A stretch of 64,000 nt of DNA from a virus. Its lineage: Duplodnaviria; Heunggongvirae; Uroviricota; Caudoviricetes. Positions 17,122 to 24,549 of this stretch are shown in pieces; the stretch's first letter is position 1; each line of letters opens with the position of its first letter. The stretch lies in the IMG/VR virus record IMGVR_UViG_3300044765_000092, positions 158,679 through 222,678 of that record. One strand, written 5' to 3'. The notes beneath the pieces were generated by a model. It searched no databases, was not told the DNA's origin, and saw only the letters and a program-made list of their open reading frames with translations. Both the position numbers and the translations under genes were made by a program.

Positions 17122-17214
17122 TGGCGCGCTCTACCGCTGAGCTACCCGCCCTTAGAATGCACAACGAAATGCACTGTGGAGGGCGGGACAGGATTTGAAC
17201 CTGTGGCCTAGCCA
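17122..17214 (-). tRNA. candidate circularly permuted tRNA gene
   Basis: Gene sense 17214->17177: TGGCT-AGGCC-ACAGG-TTCAAAT-CCTGT-CCCGCCC-T-CCA. Gene sense 17151->17122: GGGCGGG-TA-GCTC-AGCGGTA-GAGC-G-CGCCA. Acceptor strands pair 7/7 and anticodon-stem strands pair 4/5. The two halves are joined 3'-to-5' by a 25-nt linker. Confidence 0.45.
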
Positions 17215-17304
17215 TTTAGAGTATGGGTCGGAACTGTCAGAATTGAGAGCAGTCTTTGACAACGTATATCGGCAAAACTACAAGGAGCAACATCAGAGCT
17301 TTCA

Positions 17305-17398
17305 TCGGAATCGCTTCCGAGGCCATATCCAATTTGGCTTCCGTCGTGTGCATAACTCGTGCAGAACTATGCACACGACGGGCAGGACTCGAACCTGC
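17305..17398 (-). ncRNA. second permuted-tRNA-like element: T-arm and 3' acceptor strand, then a 26-nt TGCA-repeat linker, then the 5' acceptor strand and a D-arm-like hairpin
   Basis: GCAGG-TTCGAGT-CCTGC then CCGTCGT-G; linker TGCAtagttcTGCAcgagttaTGCA; then C-ACGACGG-AA-GCC-AAATTGGATAT-GGC. Acceptor pairs 7/7 and extends to an 11-bp helix. The anticodon region is non-canonical. Confidence 0.3.
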
Positions 17399-17448
17399 AA
17401 GCTCATATCACTACAACGATCACGGATAGCCGATAACTTTGTCGATGA

Positions 17449-17468
17449 GGCTGAGTCCTAGCTCAGCC
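17449..17468 (-). other. 7-bp hairpin GGCTGAG-ctagga-CTCAGCC immediately 3' of motif copy 4, at the head of the tRNA-like cluster
   Basis: Seen directly in the sequence. Confidence 0.4.
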
Positions 17469-17478
17469 CCTATGGGTG

Positions 17479-17488
17479 TCATTTACAG
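17479..17488 (-). promoter_or_regulatory. TCATTTACAG motif, copy 4
   Basis: 23 nt downstream of the stop of CDS 17511..18296. Directly upstream of the tRNA-like cluster. Confidence 0.45.
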
Positions 17489-17510
17489 TACGAGGCGCTG
17501 CGCGCTAGGC

Positions 17511-18296
17511 TCAGCCTCGCACATTGGTCACGGTGCCGAACTGTTCCATGATCAGGTCGGCGATAGCGTTGCCGATCTTGGAGTCGATGGCCTCGATGTC
17601 GTTGGCGCGATTGCGTGCCTGATGGCAGGCCACGATCATCTCGTCCAGCAGCTCCAGAACCTTGGCCTTCTCGGCGGCCGAAACGGCGCCAGACCAGATC
17701 TTCGTGGTGAAGGTGCCGACCACCACATCCTTGCTGGCTTCCTTGACCTGCGCCGGATGCTTGTCGGTCGCCGGAGCCAAGACCACCGGAGTCATGACCT
17801 TCTCGGTCTTGCTCACATGGGTCTCGTCGGTGACCCACGCACCTTCGATGTTGTTGGAGTCCGGTTGCCACGACCTGGAGGCATCGAGCGTCGGCATAGT
17901 GGACAGCAACGCCCTGAGCTTGCCAAGGCGATTCTCCAGGCCCATCAGCTCGTCGACCGGGACACTGGTCGCCACAGTGTTGCCGCGTACCACCAGATCG
18001 GCCTTGGCGTTCTGGTTGCTGGCGTTCTTGCTGGCCATCACGTTCTCGGCCTTGGCCCAGAACTGCAGAAAGTAGTCGACGGTCAGCGGCACAGTGGTGC
18101 TCAGCTCTTTCTTGACCATCGCAGCCTTTTCCAGAGAATCGTTCTCCGGGCTCTCGGCCAGCATCTTGAGCGTCTTGGTCTCACCGCGGAAGTAGCTCTC
18201 CGCTTTGGAGAACTTGGTCCGGGTGTCGTCGGCCATCTGATTGGCGGTAGCAACCGCAGTCTTTTCAGCGGCCAGGAGTTCGTAGAGCTTTCCCAT
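17511..18296 (-). CDS. hypothetical protein
   Basis: ORF 17511..18443. The N-terminal 49 aa are Arg-rich junk. The probable start MGKLYELL is at 18294-18296. Confidence 0.55.
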   Translation of the reverse strand: MGKLYELLAAEKTAVATANQMADDTRTKFSKAESYFRGETKTLKMLAESPENDSLEKAAMVKKELSTTVPLTVDYFLQFWAKAENVMASKNASNQNAKADLVVRGNTVATSVPVDELMGLENRLGKLRALLSTMPTLDASRSWQPDSNNIEGAWVTDETHVSKTEKVMTPVVLAPATDKHPAQVKEASKDVVVGTFTTKIWSGAVSAAEKAKVLELLDEMIVACHQARNRANDIEAIDSKIGNAIADLIMEQFGTVTNVRG

Positions 18297-19078
18297 GGTG
18301 ATTCTTTCTTGACGTTGATGATCACAGCAATAGCGGATCCAACCTCTGCCGCGTTTGGCTGGATCCTGGTCACAAAACCCTCGCTCCGGGCTGCGATGAG
18401 CGTTACGTAGAGTAGCTCCTGGGCGGACTCGGTGCCTATCCACCTGTCAAAACCTGGGTCTCGAATCCGAGTGTAGGCCACGGATCGTCAAAGCGGGAGT
18501 GTGAGACTGGCTGAGAGGCAAATTCATCTCACTACTACAGGCGACGGACTTCAAGGCGAGCTTACCCACGCTATCGCTCGCACCGGCACCGACGATCAAC
18601 CGTAGCAGTCGTCAGTGGTTTCTTGGGTGGGGCGATGGCCGGAGTCACGATCCCTACTAACCGAATTGCCGCTATCACGCGTATCGCGTGCAATCCAGAT
18701 TCGGCACCCCACAGATGGCGAGACCGCACGGCACTCGGCAACAGGAGCGACCTATCACCAAATGACAGTCCTCTAGGCGACCGTGATTTGCACTGACATC
18801 GCTTCTCTTGCGGTCGAGGATGGAACCCGCGCTAAGTCTCATTGAAGAAAGCTCTACAGCCGTATTAAGCGAGTGCGCTGCGGTAGCAACGCACCCGAAG
18901 GGAGGAGGATGAGAGATCAACAAGCCTCTTGGCAGGGACTTGGTCAAAAGAGCAATGGCTGTAGAGCGTAAAGGTGTAAGGTGCGACCCTTCGCAGGTAG
19001 GTCGCACGCCCCTCGGTTAACTGCGTGTCACGAACCCCTCTTGCGCAGGGCCGTAGGACAGATCAGGGGAATTCAGCG

Positions 19079-19498
19079 TTAGCCGATTACTGACAGGTCC
19101 ATGCCGCAGGCGCGGACCTTACTCACGGTTTCTAGATTGATCGTGCGATAACCAGCAGCCTGAACATCGAAGATCGTCATATAAGGGCGATCGATCGCAA
19201 CTGTTTTGTTGTCGCCTCCCTTCAGATGCTTGCGCACCTGGAAGCGACCAGTCAGCTTGCGGTATGAACCGTCCTGTTTAACGAACTCCACCGTCAGAAA
19301 ACGATCCGCTTGTGCCCGCAGGAATTCCTTCAGGTTCACTCGGTGGATCTGGATCTGGGTCTCTGCTTTCGCAGCTGTGACCGCAGAAGCTGCTTTTTCG
19401 GCTGGAACAGTTTGGGCCACAGGTTGAAGCGTGAGGGAGGGCACACTCAGGTCTGAGGCAGAAGACTGCGCAGTCTCGATGGTGGTTTGTTGGCACAT
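19079..19498 (-). CDS. hypothetical protein
   Basis: ORF 19079..19549. The ATG at 19496-19498 (MCQQTTIE) is preceded by AAGGA. Confidence 0.5.
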   Translation of the reverse strand: MCQQTTIETAQSSASDLSVPSLTLQPVAQTVPAEKAASAVTAAKAETQIQIHRVNLKEFLRAQADRFLTVEFVKQDGSYRKLTGRFQVRKHLKGGDNKTVAIDRPYMTIFDVQAAGYRTINLETVSKVRACGMDLSVIG

Positions 19499-19640
19499 GA
19501 TGTCGTCCTTTCTACTAAACCGCATCCACATTGATGCGCGCTCGAACATCGCAGTGGATTATGTGCAACGTAGCAGAACGGAACAGACTCAACCTAGTAC
19601 GCTGCCGAAGCCCTAGTGCGTGCCTCGGTTTGCATACTGC

Positions 19641-19650
19641 TCATTTACAG
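19641..19650 (-). promoter_or_regulatory. TCATTTACAG motif, copy 5
   Basis: 8 nt downstream of the TAA stop of CDS 19659..21446. Confidence 0.45.
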
Positions 19651-19658
19651 TTCGACTT

Positions 19659-21446
19659 TTAGTCCCAACGGTCGATCTTGATGCGGCGCTTGACCATCGA
19701 GCCGTCGTCGATGATAACGACCATCGGATGCGGCGATGGACCGTCGGAGAACATAAAGCCGCAGGCTGTGGCTTCAGCTGCACCGGTCGGAGACTTGGAG
19801 TTCGAGTGCGCCTCGATGGTCGAGCGTACTTCGTGCAACTCGGCGTGGAGGAAGTCCGGGAACAGTCCGAGACCCGTCTGACCACGTTCGGCCTGACGAT
19901 CGTACATACCGTCGAGGAAGAACGTCACCGACTTCTGATGTTGTGGGTACTCGTTCAGGTCGTCCCACATGTGAGGCGCGTAGGCAACGCCTGTCACATC
20001 GACCCAGCCTGGGCGGAGGTTCCAGATGTCAGGGGTTGACCCCTCGACATACACGTACCAAGACACCGGATTGCGGCACTCCGGCCGATCCCATTGGATA
20101 ATCGGTGGTGCGTCAGGATACACGGCAGTCATGAACGCAGTAAACGGCTGCCGGTTGTACGTGATTTCGACAGCGATTCGCTTGGCCTGCGGCAGAACCT
20201 GCGCCTGGAACCGCGCCCAGGTCATGTTCACCGTAGGCAAAAGCTCGGCAGTCTTTGGCTCGTTCTTCTGCTTGGACTTCAGGTGGCCGAACACACCGCC
20301 TTGGTACTCCGATTCCGGTTCCGGAATCGTAGGTGACCACAACATCTGTTGGATGTCTTCCAGACGTGCGAACCGCCGTTCGAGCGACGGTGCAAGGCCG
20401 AGCTTGGCGATCAACTCCTCAGCTCGCTTGATGTTGCCGTCAGTAGGCGCAGCCTGCGGCCGCTTGTACTTATCGGGAGCCACCTTTTGTTCGAATGACG
20501 CCTTGACCTGTGCGATTGGCACCCCGCTTTCCAGATCGGCGAGCAGTGAGCCAACGAGCGACGCTCGTGGATGGCAGAAACCTTCCGGGGCCGATGCCAC
20601 GGCTCGCCACAGGATGTTCCGGCGTTCACGCTGGGACTTCACTTGGTCCAACGTATACCGCAGGTCTGCCAGGAAGTTGATCGGGCCCGTCACCTTCTCG
20701 TTGCCACGGAGCACATCGCTTTCGATGATCGTCTTAGCCTTTTGGAGAAGTCCGGCGTCGAACTCAGACAGAGCCCGGCTCATCGTCTGGTAGCGGTGCT
20801 TGATGTTGGCGGCGGCCTGGAACGGCGTCTTGGTTTTCGACGAGAACACGAACCGATAGTGTGGCTTGACCGCAAAGTGCGTCCACACACCGGTCTTCGC
20901 CGTACCCCACATCTTGTGGTCGGTCTTGAACACGTCGCTGATTTCGCACTTCGGGATCAGGCGTTCGAACGCTGCGGCCACCGGCTTGTAGTGATCAGGC
21001 GCGTCGTACTCAGACCACAGAGCCGACTTCAGCTGACCGTTTGGCAACACGATCGCCAGTGATCCATAGCTGTTGATGAACTTGCGGCACTCGCTGCACG
21101 TATGGTACTGACGCCACTCGATCGGAAACGTCGACAGGTAGTAGTCGTAGAGAGTAGGCGCACCCTGCACACCGTCGGCGGTCAATCCGCGGGGGTCGGT
21201 CATACCTCCGGGCCGAACACCCATCTGATGGAGGATGGGGCCGACGTTGGCGACAAACAGATTGTCCTGCGTTGCGGTCGTCGTGTCGAATCGGCGTTGG
21301 AGCCGGAGCATGTACTCGTTGAATTCGGCTTGACGCTCGGCATTTGGTGCCGAGGTATGGACGTGAGCAGCCGTAACTGATGCTGCTGCTGCGGCGGCAG
21401 AGATGGTCGAAGCCTTGGTGTTTGTACTGCTAGCAGTTCTGGACAT
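19659..21446 (-). CDS. hypothetical protein (595 aa)
   Basis: Long ORF. The internal 255-aa and 163-aa plus-strand ORFs are antisense artefacts. Confidence 0.6.
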   Translation of the reverse strand: MSRTASSTNTKASTISAAAAAASVTAAHVHTSAPNAERQAEFNEYMLRLQRRFDTTTATQDNLFVANVGPILHQMGVRPGGMTDPRGLTADGVQGAPTLYDYYLSTFPIEWRQYHTCSECRKFINSYGSLAIVLPNGQLKSALWSEYDAPDHYKPVAAAFERLIPKCEISDVFKTDHKMWGTAKTGVWTHFAVKPHYRFVFSSKTKTPFQAAANIKHRYQTMSRALSEFDAGLLQKAKTIIESDVLRGNEKVTGPINFLADLRYTLDQVKSQRERRNILWRAVASAPEGFCHPRASLVGSLLADLESGVPIAQVKASFEQKVAPDKYKRPQAAPTDGNIKRAEELIAKLGLAPSLERRFARLEDIQQMLWSPTIPEPESEYQGGVFGHLKSKQKNEPKTAELLPTVNMTWARFQAQVLPQAKRIAVEITYNRQPFTAFMTAVYPDAPPIIQWDRPECRNPVSWYVYVEGSTPDIWNLRPGWVDVTGVAYAPHMWDDLNEYPQHQKSVTFFLDGMYDRQAERGQTGLGLFPDFLHAELHEVRSTIEAHSNSKSPTGAAEATACGFMFSDGPSPHPMVVIIDDGSMVKRRIKIDRWD

Positions 21447-21525
21447 GGTTGTTGTTCCTTCGCGTAAGGGGTAGCGCGCGCACGCACGGGCTGTGGTTTT
21501 GGTTTACCTTTCGCGCCGCTACCCT

Positions 21526-21535
21526 TCATTTACAG
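21526..21535 (-). promoter_or_regulatory. TCATTTACAG motif, copy 6
   Basis: 47 nt downstream of the stop of CDS 21582..22466. Followed in gene sense by AGGGTAGCG...CGCTACCCCT, an 8-bp inverted repeat. Confidence 0.45.
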
Positions 21536-21581
21536 TTTGGTTTAAGTGCGCGCGCGTGAGCGCGTCTTCTTCTGCCAGTAA

Positions 21582-22466
21582 TCACGTGCCCGGAAAGAAC
21601 GAGTTCACACGACTGGTGAGTCTGCGCAGTTCGGCGTCGGCATCACGTAGCGCCTCACGCATTTCACGGGCGTCGGTCACCGGGTCGGTGCCGAATTCCT
21701 TGACGTAGGCACTGACACGCGACAGGATGTCGTGGATTTGTTGAAGTTCAGTGTCGGTGAACAGGCCGTCTGTCTGTTCCACTTTGGTGGCCGTTGTTAC
21801 GAACTTCGGGGACGGCCACTTCGGCCCATCGGTCGCCTGGGTAGCTTGGCGATGCAAGTGAATCTCCCACATGGCATTGGCCAATTCATCGACCGTGAAT
21901 TCGGACTCGCGGTCCATACGGTGGAGGTAGGTCCTGAACAGTTTCCAGCTGAGCCGCTTGGGTTTTCCGGCCTCAATTCGCCGATCTGTGTAGTCGTCCA
22001 GGTAATACTCGGCTTCATAGCGAAGCTTGGACGACATGTCCTCGACGTCCCGCCACTGGTCGTCCTTGTGTGCCGTCACCTCGTTGTATTCCGGGTTGAG
22101 CGACTCGGGCTTTACCTTGGACTTGCCTTTCTTGGCCTTCTGTTTGGGCTTGCTGGCGTTGAATCGCTCCTCGATCAGCTTGGTGACTTCCTGGGACAGA
22201 TGCTTGATCTCGGTACCCGAGAACGAAGTCCGGGTACGTTGATTGGCAATCGTTTTGGTGTATCTGAGGTACTTGAACGCCGCACGTTGGGCCTCGGGAA
22301 GGGACTTCCTGACGTCGCTGTTTGAGGGGCTTCCAAACTCCTCGCCTTCAGCCCATTCGGTTTCATACAAAGCAAAGAGTGATTGGAAGAGTTGATCGGC
22401 CAGCGCGTTGACGACAGCGTCGCGCTCTTCTTGCGTCCAGCGAATGGGGGTGGGGTGGTTTGCCAT
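21582..22466 (-). CDS. hypothetical protein
   Basis: 294-aa ORF. Confidence 0.6.
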   Translation of the reverse strand: MANHPTPIRWTQEERDAVVNALADQLFQSLFALYETEWAEGEEFGSPSNSDVRKSLPEAQRAAFKYLRYTKTIANQRTRTSFSGTEIKHLSQEVTKLIEERFNASKPKQKAKKGKSKVKPESLNPEYNEVTAHKDDQWRDVEDMSSKLRYEAEYYLDDYTDRRIEAGKPKRLSWKLFRTYLHRMDRESEFTVDELANAMWEIHLHRQATQATDGPKWPSPKFVTTATKVEQTDGLFTDTELQQIHDILSRVSAYVKEFGTDPVTDAREMREALRDADAELRRLTSRVNSFFPGT

Positions 22467-22527
22467 GATGAGTTCCTTTGGTTGAGTACTGCAGATTGAG
22501 CAATGGTTGCGCGCGCGACCGGCTAGG

Positions 22528-23133
22528 TCAGTCGAGAAACGAGACTGGCTCGCGCTTTGGACTAACCTTAGCCTTTGGAGGTTGAGTTGTAGCCACGGAC
22601 GGTGGCGGTGGTTGAGTTTGGTCGGTCTGTGGCTGAATCGGGTCCTGTGCCGGTGTTGTAGGTGGCGACGACGGCAGTTGATCGGAGATACGCCGATTCT
22701 TGGTGGTCACCACATCTTGCTTGACGCGTTCCACTGGAGGGAACACCAGATCGCGATGCGAGTCAAGGAAGATGGTGTCGTAGCCATCCGCGTAACGCCG
22801 GATCTCAAGGCGCAAGAACAAACCCTGTTCAGGGTTCTCACGGTAGTAGACCCCACGACCTTGGTAGTGCGGAGGATTTTTCCGGTCGGACTTGCGACGT
22901 TCGAACGGTGCGAACCGAACGTGCGCCTCCAACCCCTTGAGCAGTTTGCTTGCCTCCTCACCCGTCAGGCGTTCGACTCGGAGTTCGACACTCTGAACGA
23001 GCTGGACGTGGCGTACTTCGTCGTTCGACACGCGGCGCAACACATGGATCGGCCGTTTGGGTGACAGCCGTTTGAGCACAGTCTCTAAGGCTTTGCTGAG
23101 CATAGCTCGGGCTCCTTCTTGTTCACCAAGCAA
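22528..23133 (-). CDS. hypothetical protein with a Pro/Thr/Gln-rich C-terminus
   Basis: 201-aa ORF. Confidence 0.5.
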   Translation of the reverse strand: MLGEQEGARAMLSKALETVLKRLSPKRPIHVLRRVSNDEVRHVQLVQSVELRVERLTGEEASKLLKGLEAHVRFAPFERRKSDRKNPPHYQGRGVYYRENPEQGLFLRLEIRRYADGYDTIFLDSHRDLVFPPVERVKQDVVTTKNRRISDQLPSSPPTTPAQDPIQPQTDQTQPPPPSVATTQPPKAKVSPKREPVSFLD

Positions 23134-23165
23134 CGAAAGGTCGTGCGAATCACGTTCGCACGACC
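23126..23165 (-). terminator. intrinsic terminator: 11-bp perfect stem GGTCGTGCGAA-tcacg-TTCGCACGACC followed by TTTCGTTGCTT in gene sense
   Basis: 33 nt downstream of the stop of CDS 23198..23566. Confidence 0.55.
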
Positions 23166-23197
23166 TTGCCCTTACGCGCGTGGGCGCGCGCGCCTTC

Positions 23198-23566
23198 TTA
23201 GTAGGTGTTGATGTGGAGCCGGCGCTGGAGCATCACCTTCTCAATGGCCTTGCGTTTCAGGTAGTCCTTGTACTCAGCCATCCGCTGGCTGCGGACCTCG
23301 TCGTCGTGGTCCTTGGTGAAGACCGGTGCCGACTTGACCGAGAAACGTTCGAGCGCTCGTTGGCGGCGTGCCTGCCGACGCTGTGTCGAGCACGGCGACT
23401 TTGCGGCCTTACCCGCCGACTGGACGAACTCCTTGTCCATGTGGCCGACCACGCTGTTGAAGTCCAGGTGGGCGCCAGGGCCAGCGATCGTCTGCGACTT
23501 CTGGTCCTTGGACTCGATGCGATTGTGGCGTTGCTTTTGCTGCTTCTTACCTTCGTTGATCGACAT
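23198..23566 (-). CDS. hypothetical basic protein
   Basis: ORF 23198..23638. The N-terminal extension of that ORF overlaps the tRNA. The ATG at 23564-23566 (MSINEGKK) is preceded by GGAG. Confidence 0.5.
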   Translation of the reverse strand: MSINEGKKQQKQRHNRIESKDQKSQTIAGPGAHLDFNSVVGHMDKEFVQSAGKAAKSPCSTQRRQARRQRALERFSVKSAPVFTKDHDDEVRSQRMAEYKDYLKRKAIEKVMLQRRLHINTY

Positions 23567-23604
23567 GGTGATCTCCAGTAGAGAATGAACGTGGAACAGG
23601 AATG

Positions 23605-23681
23605 TGGTAGGCCGGGTTGGGTTCGAACCAACGACCAAAGGATTATGAGTCCTCTGCTCTGACCAACTGAGCTACCGGCCC
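23605..23681 (-). tRNA. tRNA with CAT anticodon (second copy; Met or Ile2)
   Basis: Acceptor GGGCCGG/CCGGCCT, D-arm GCTC-AGTTGGTCA-GAGC, anticodon loop CTCATAA, T-loop TTCGAAC, CCA encoded. Confidence 0.8.
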
Positions 23682-23700
23682 GGGCTGCTGCTGCTACTGC

Positions 23701-24474
23701 TTATTCGGCAGCCGACTCCAGGCGCTTGTACAGAGCCTTGATCTCAGCTGCCGACGGGAACGGCAGAACCTTGGTGAACGCGGCAGGCATGAACTTCAGG
23801 GCCTTGCGCAGAGTCCGCCATTCGACCGTGGGCTTGCCCGTCTTCTTGTCCTTCTTGATGTCGATGGCCTTGCCATCCTTGCCGACCTTCATCCGGGCTT
23901 CGCGCAGCGCCACCATCAGGCTGTCGTCGGCCTTGCGGGCACCGACGCGCATCAGCATGTCGAACTTGGCGTTGCCGGGCAGGCGCTTGCTGTCGTTGCG
24001 AATGAACGTGGGACCGGCGAAGCGCGTGGCCATCCGGCGTTCGGTGTCCGGATCATAGACCGACAGGTCCAGCGTCTTGGCGTTCTCGTTCGTGGGGCTG
24101 CCCTTGATGCGAGTGGCCTTGACATCGGTGATGATGCCGTCCTTGGCAGTCAGCATGGTCACGCGCATGAAGAAGGGCTTGAATTCAGCCGGAGCCTTGA
24201 ACGTCGGGATGGGCTTGCGTGCCGGACGCTTCCGGGCTGCAGCACCGGTCTTCTTGGCAGGGAATCCCTTCTTGACCGGGGGCGGCACTGGCTTGGCGTC
24301 GACGGCCTTGGCATTGAGCTTGCCTTTCGCACCGGCGACGGGCTTGGTCTTGCCGGCCGGAGCAGCGGCCACCTTCTTATTGGGAGCGGCCTTCTTGCCG
24401 GCGTCCTTGACTGCGTTCGTACGATTGGCTTTCTTGGCAGTTGCCATGATGTTCTTCCTTGAAATTGAGCTCAA
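23701..24474 (-). CDS. DNA-binding-like protein with a histone-H1-like Lys/Ala/Pro-rich N-terminal tail
   Basis: Residues 10-90 are KKAxPxKK-type low-complexity sequence, followed by a globular C-terminal domain. Confidence 0.5.
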   Translation of the reverse strand: MSSISRKNIMATAKKANRTNAVKDAGKKAAPNKKVAAAPAGKTKPVAGAKGKLNAKAVDAKPVPPPVKKGFPAKKTGAAARKRPARKPIPTFKAPAEFKPFFMRVTMLTAKDGIITDVKATRIKGSPTNENAKTLDLSVYDPDTERRMATRFAGPTFIRNDSKRLPGNAKFDMLMRVGARKADDSLMVALREARMKVGKDGKAIDIKKDKKTGKPTVEWRTLRKALKFMPAAFTKVLPFPSAAEIKALYKRLESAAE

Positions 24475-24520
24475 AACGAGCAGGATTCAATTAGTGGCGG
24501 AGGTTTGGACCCCTCTACCC

Positions 24521-24530
24521 TCATTTACAG
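24521..24530 (-). promoter_or_regulatory. TCATTTACAG motif, copy 7
   Basis: 20 nt downstream of the stop of CDS 24550..24966. Followed in gene sense by GGGTAG, as in copy 6. Confidence 0.45.
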
Positions 24531-24549
24531 CACGAAATGTAGAGTTTGA

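Noticed and set aside
17122-17214. The tRNA 3' half as a phage attP core (integration into a host tRNA gene)
   Set aside because: attP needs only the 3' segment. Here a matching 5' half with a D-arm lies 25 nt downstream on the same strand, and a second element repeats the architecture. No integrase is visible in the window.
17439-18410. 323-aa plus-strand ORF
   Set aside because: It is antisense to the protein-like minus-strand CDS 17511..18296, with low-complexity G/L/R composition. Every other gene in this arm is minus-strand.
18675-19007. 110-aa minus-strand ORF inside the ORF-poor region
   Set aside because: It has C/R/S-rich low-complexity composition and no RBS. It does not look protein-like. 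The region is treated as a candidate ncRNA instead.
18297-19078. Calling the ORF-poor region a group I intron or RNase P RNA
   Set aside because: I could not recognise the P7/P3 core of group I introns or the P4 GGAAAGUCCGG element of RNase P by eye. Only generic hairpin density is established.
23198-23638. N-terminal extension MVVGSNPTRPTTFLFHVHSLLEIT of ORF 23198..23638
   Set aside because: The extension overlaps the minus-strand tRNA at 23605-23681. The internal ATG at 23566 has a GGAG RBS, so the CDS was trimmed.
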